64,000 bases of DNA from Pseudomonadota bacterium (GTDB lineage: Bacteria > Pseudomonadota > Alphaproteobacteria > Caulobacterales > Caulobacteraceae), in NCBI GenBank assembly GCA_023390245.1, contig JAEWDF010000080.1, positions 7,182-71,181 on the forward strand, given 5' to 3'. Of this stretch, positions 63,518 through 64,000 are shown piece after piece. The translations under genes were made by a program, and so were the position numbers. Numbering within the stretch: the first letter of the stretch is position 1; each line of letters opens with the position of its first letter. The notes under the pieces are model-generated. The model had not been told where the DNA came from. It worked only from the letters and a program-made list of their open reading frames with translations, and searched no databases.

Positions 63518-64000
63518 ATGAACACCCACCTTCTGACCGGCCTCCTGGCCGCCCTGGGCCTGCTGGCCAATCTCGCCGGCGTCGGCGAGGCGCGCGCCCA
63601 GGACGATCCCATGGCCGGTCGCCACGGCCATCGCCACGCCGACTTCCGCTCCGACCGCCTGCACGTGCGCGTCGACGGCCAGGGCCCCGACGTCATCCTG
63701 ATCCCCGGCCTGTCGTCGTCGCCGGAGATCTGGCGGGAGACCGTGGATCATCTGGACGGCTGGCGCGTGCACCGCATTCACGTCCAGGGCTTCGCCGGCG
63801 CCCCGGCCGAGGGCGCCGCCCAGGCCGGCGAGACGCCGACGCCCATCGCCGCCCCGGTCGCCGAGGAGATCGCCCGCTACATCCGCGAGCAGGGCCTTGA
63901 GAAGCCGGCCGTGGTCGGCCATTCGATGGGCGGGACCATCGGCCTGATGCTGGCCGCCCGTCATCCCGACCTGGTCGGCCGGCTGATGGTGGTCGACATG
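63518..64000 (+). CDS. Secreted alpha/beta-fold hydrolase, 5' part; runs off the right window edge
   Basis: Not in the ORF track because there is no stop in the window. My translation is MNTHLLTGLLAALGLLANLAGVGEARA...DVILIPGLSSSPEIW...PAVVGHSMGGTIGLMLAARHPDLV, with the nucleophile elbow GHSMG. Confidence 0.75.
   Translation, partial: MNTHLLTGLLAALGLLANLAGVGEARAQDDPMAGRHGHRHADFRSDRLHVRVDGQGPDVILIPGLSSSPEIWRETVDHLDGWRVHRIHVQGFAGAPAEGAAQAGETPTPIAAPVAEEIARYIREQGLEKPAVVGHSMGGTIGLMLAARHPDLVGRLMVVDM

Overview
A 64-kb stretch of a high-GC chromosome, roughly 65-70% GC by eye. Gene content and order (def-fmt-truA, fabA-fabB, otsBA, cobT, hslV) look alphaproteobacterial, possibly Caulobacterales or Brevundimonas-like, but I cannot verify that here. 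All coordinates for motifs and repeats were counted by hand and may be off by about 2 nt.

There are three compositional classes.

(1) 1-7176: integrative elements at a tRNA-Ala(CGC) gene, about 50-55% GC.
- A 6.5-kb island is bounded by an exact 18-bp direct repeat of the tRNA 3' end.
- It carries a tyrosine integrase, a serine recombinase, a type II restriction-modification pair, an XRE regulator and two orphan genes.
- A second integrase gene lies just outside the distal repeat and runs off the left edge, which implies tandem islands.

(2) Core housekeeping genes:
- 7.4-18.6 kb: yggT, 3-hydroxybutyryl-CoA dehydrogenase, cobT, otsB-GH15-otsA, kpsF.
- 44.7-64 kb: def, fmt, truA, fabB, fabA, moeB, two BLUF proteins, hslV, hisS, an M13 peptidase, a CPA2 K+ efflux protein, a TetR regulator, a Rieske oxygenase.

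(3) 18.6-44.7 kb: a large ABC-transporter (kpsMTED) capsule-type polysaccharide locus. This is the most interesting content.
- Its biosynthetic genes resemble Gram-positive wall teichoic acid genes more than classical sugar-polymer genes.
- They include two TagF-like glycerol/ribitol-phosphate transferases, a fused cytidylyltransferase-reductase (CDP-ribitol synthase type), TagD, a TPR-LicD fusion, WecB/WecC, GT2 and GT4 enzymes, several methyltransferases, a heparinase II/III-like protein and several orphans.
- The left third of the locus (18.6-26.3 kb) is visibly lower in GC, is split by a decayed IS3-family element, and ends at a perfect 22-bp-stem hairpin. This suggests a horizontally swapped serotype cassette.
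- No kpsC, kpsS or kpsU is present in the window.

I saw no CRISPR array, rRNA gene or prophage structural genes.
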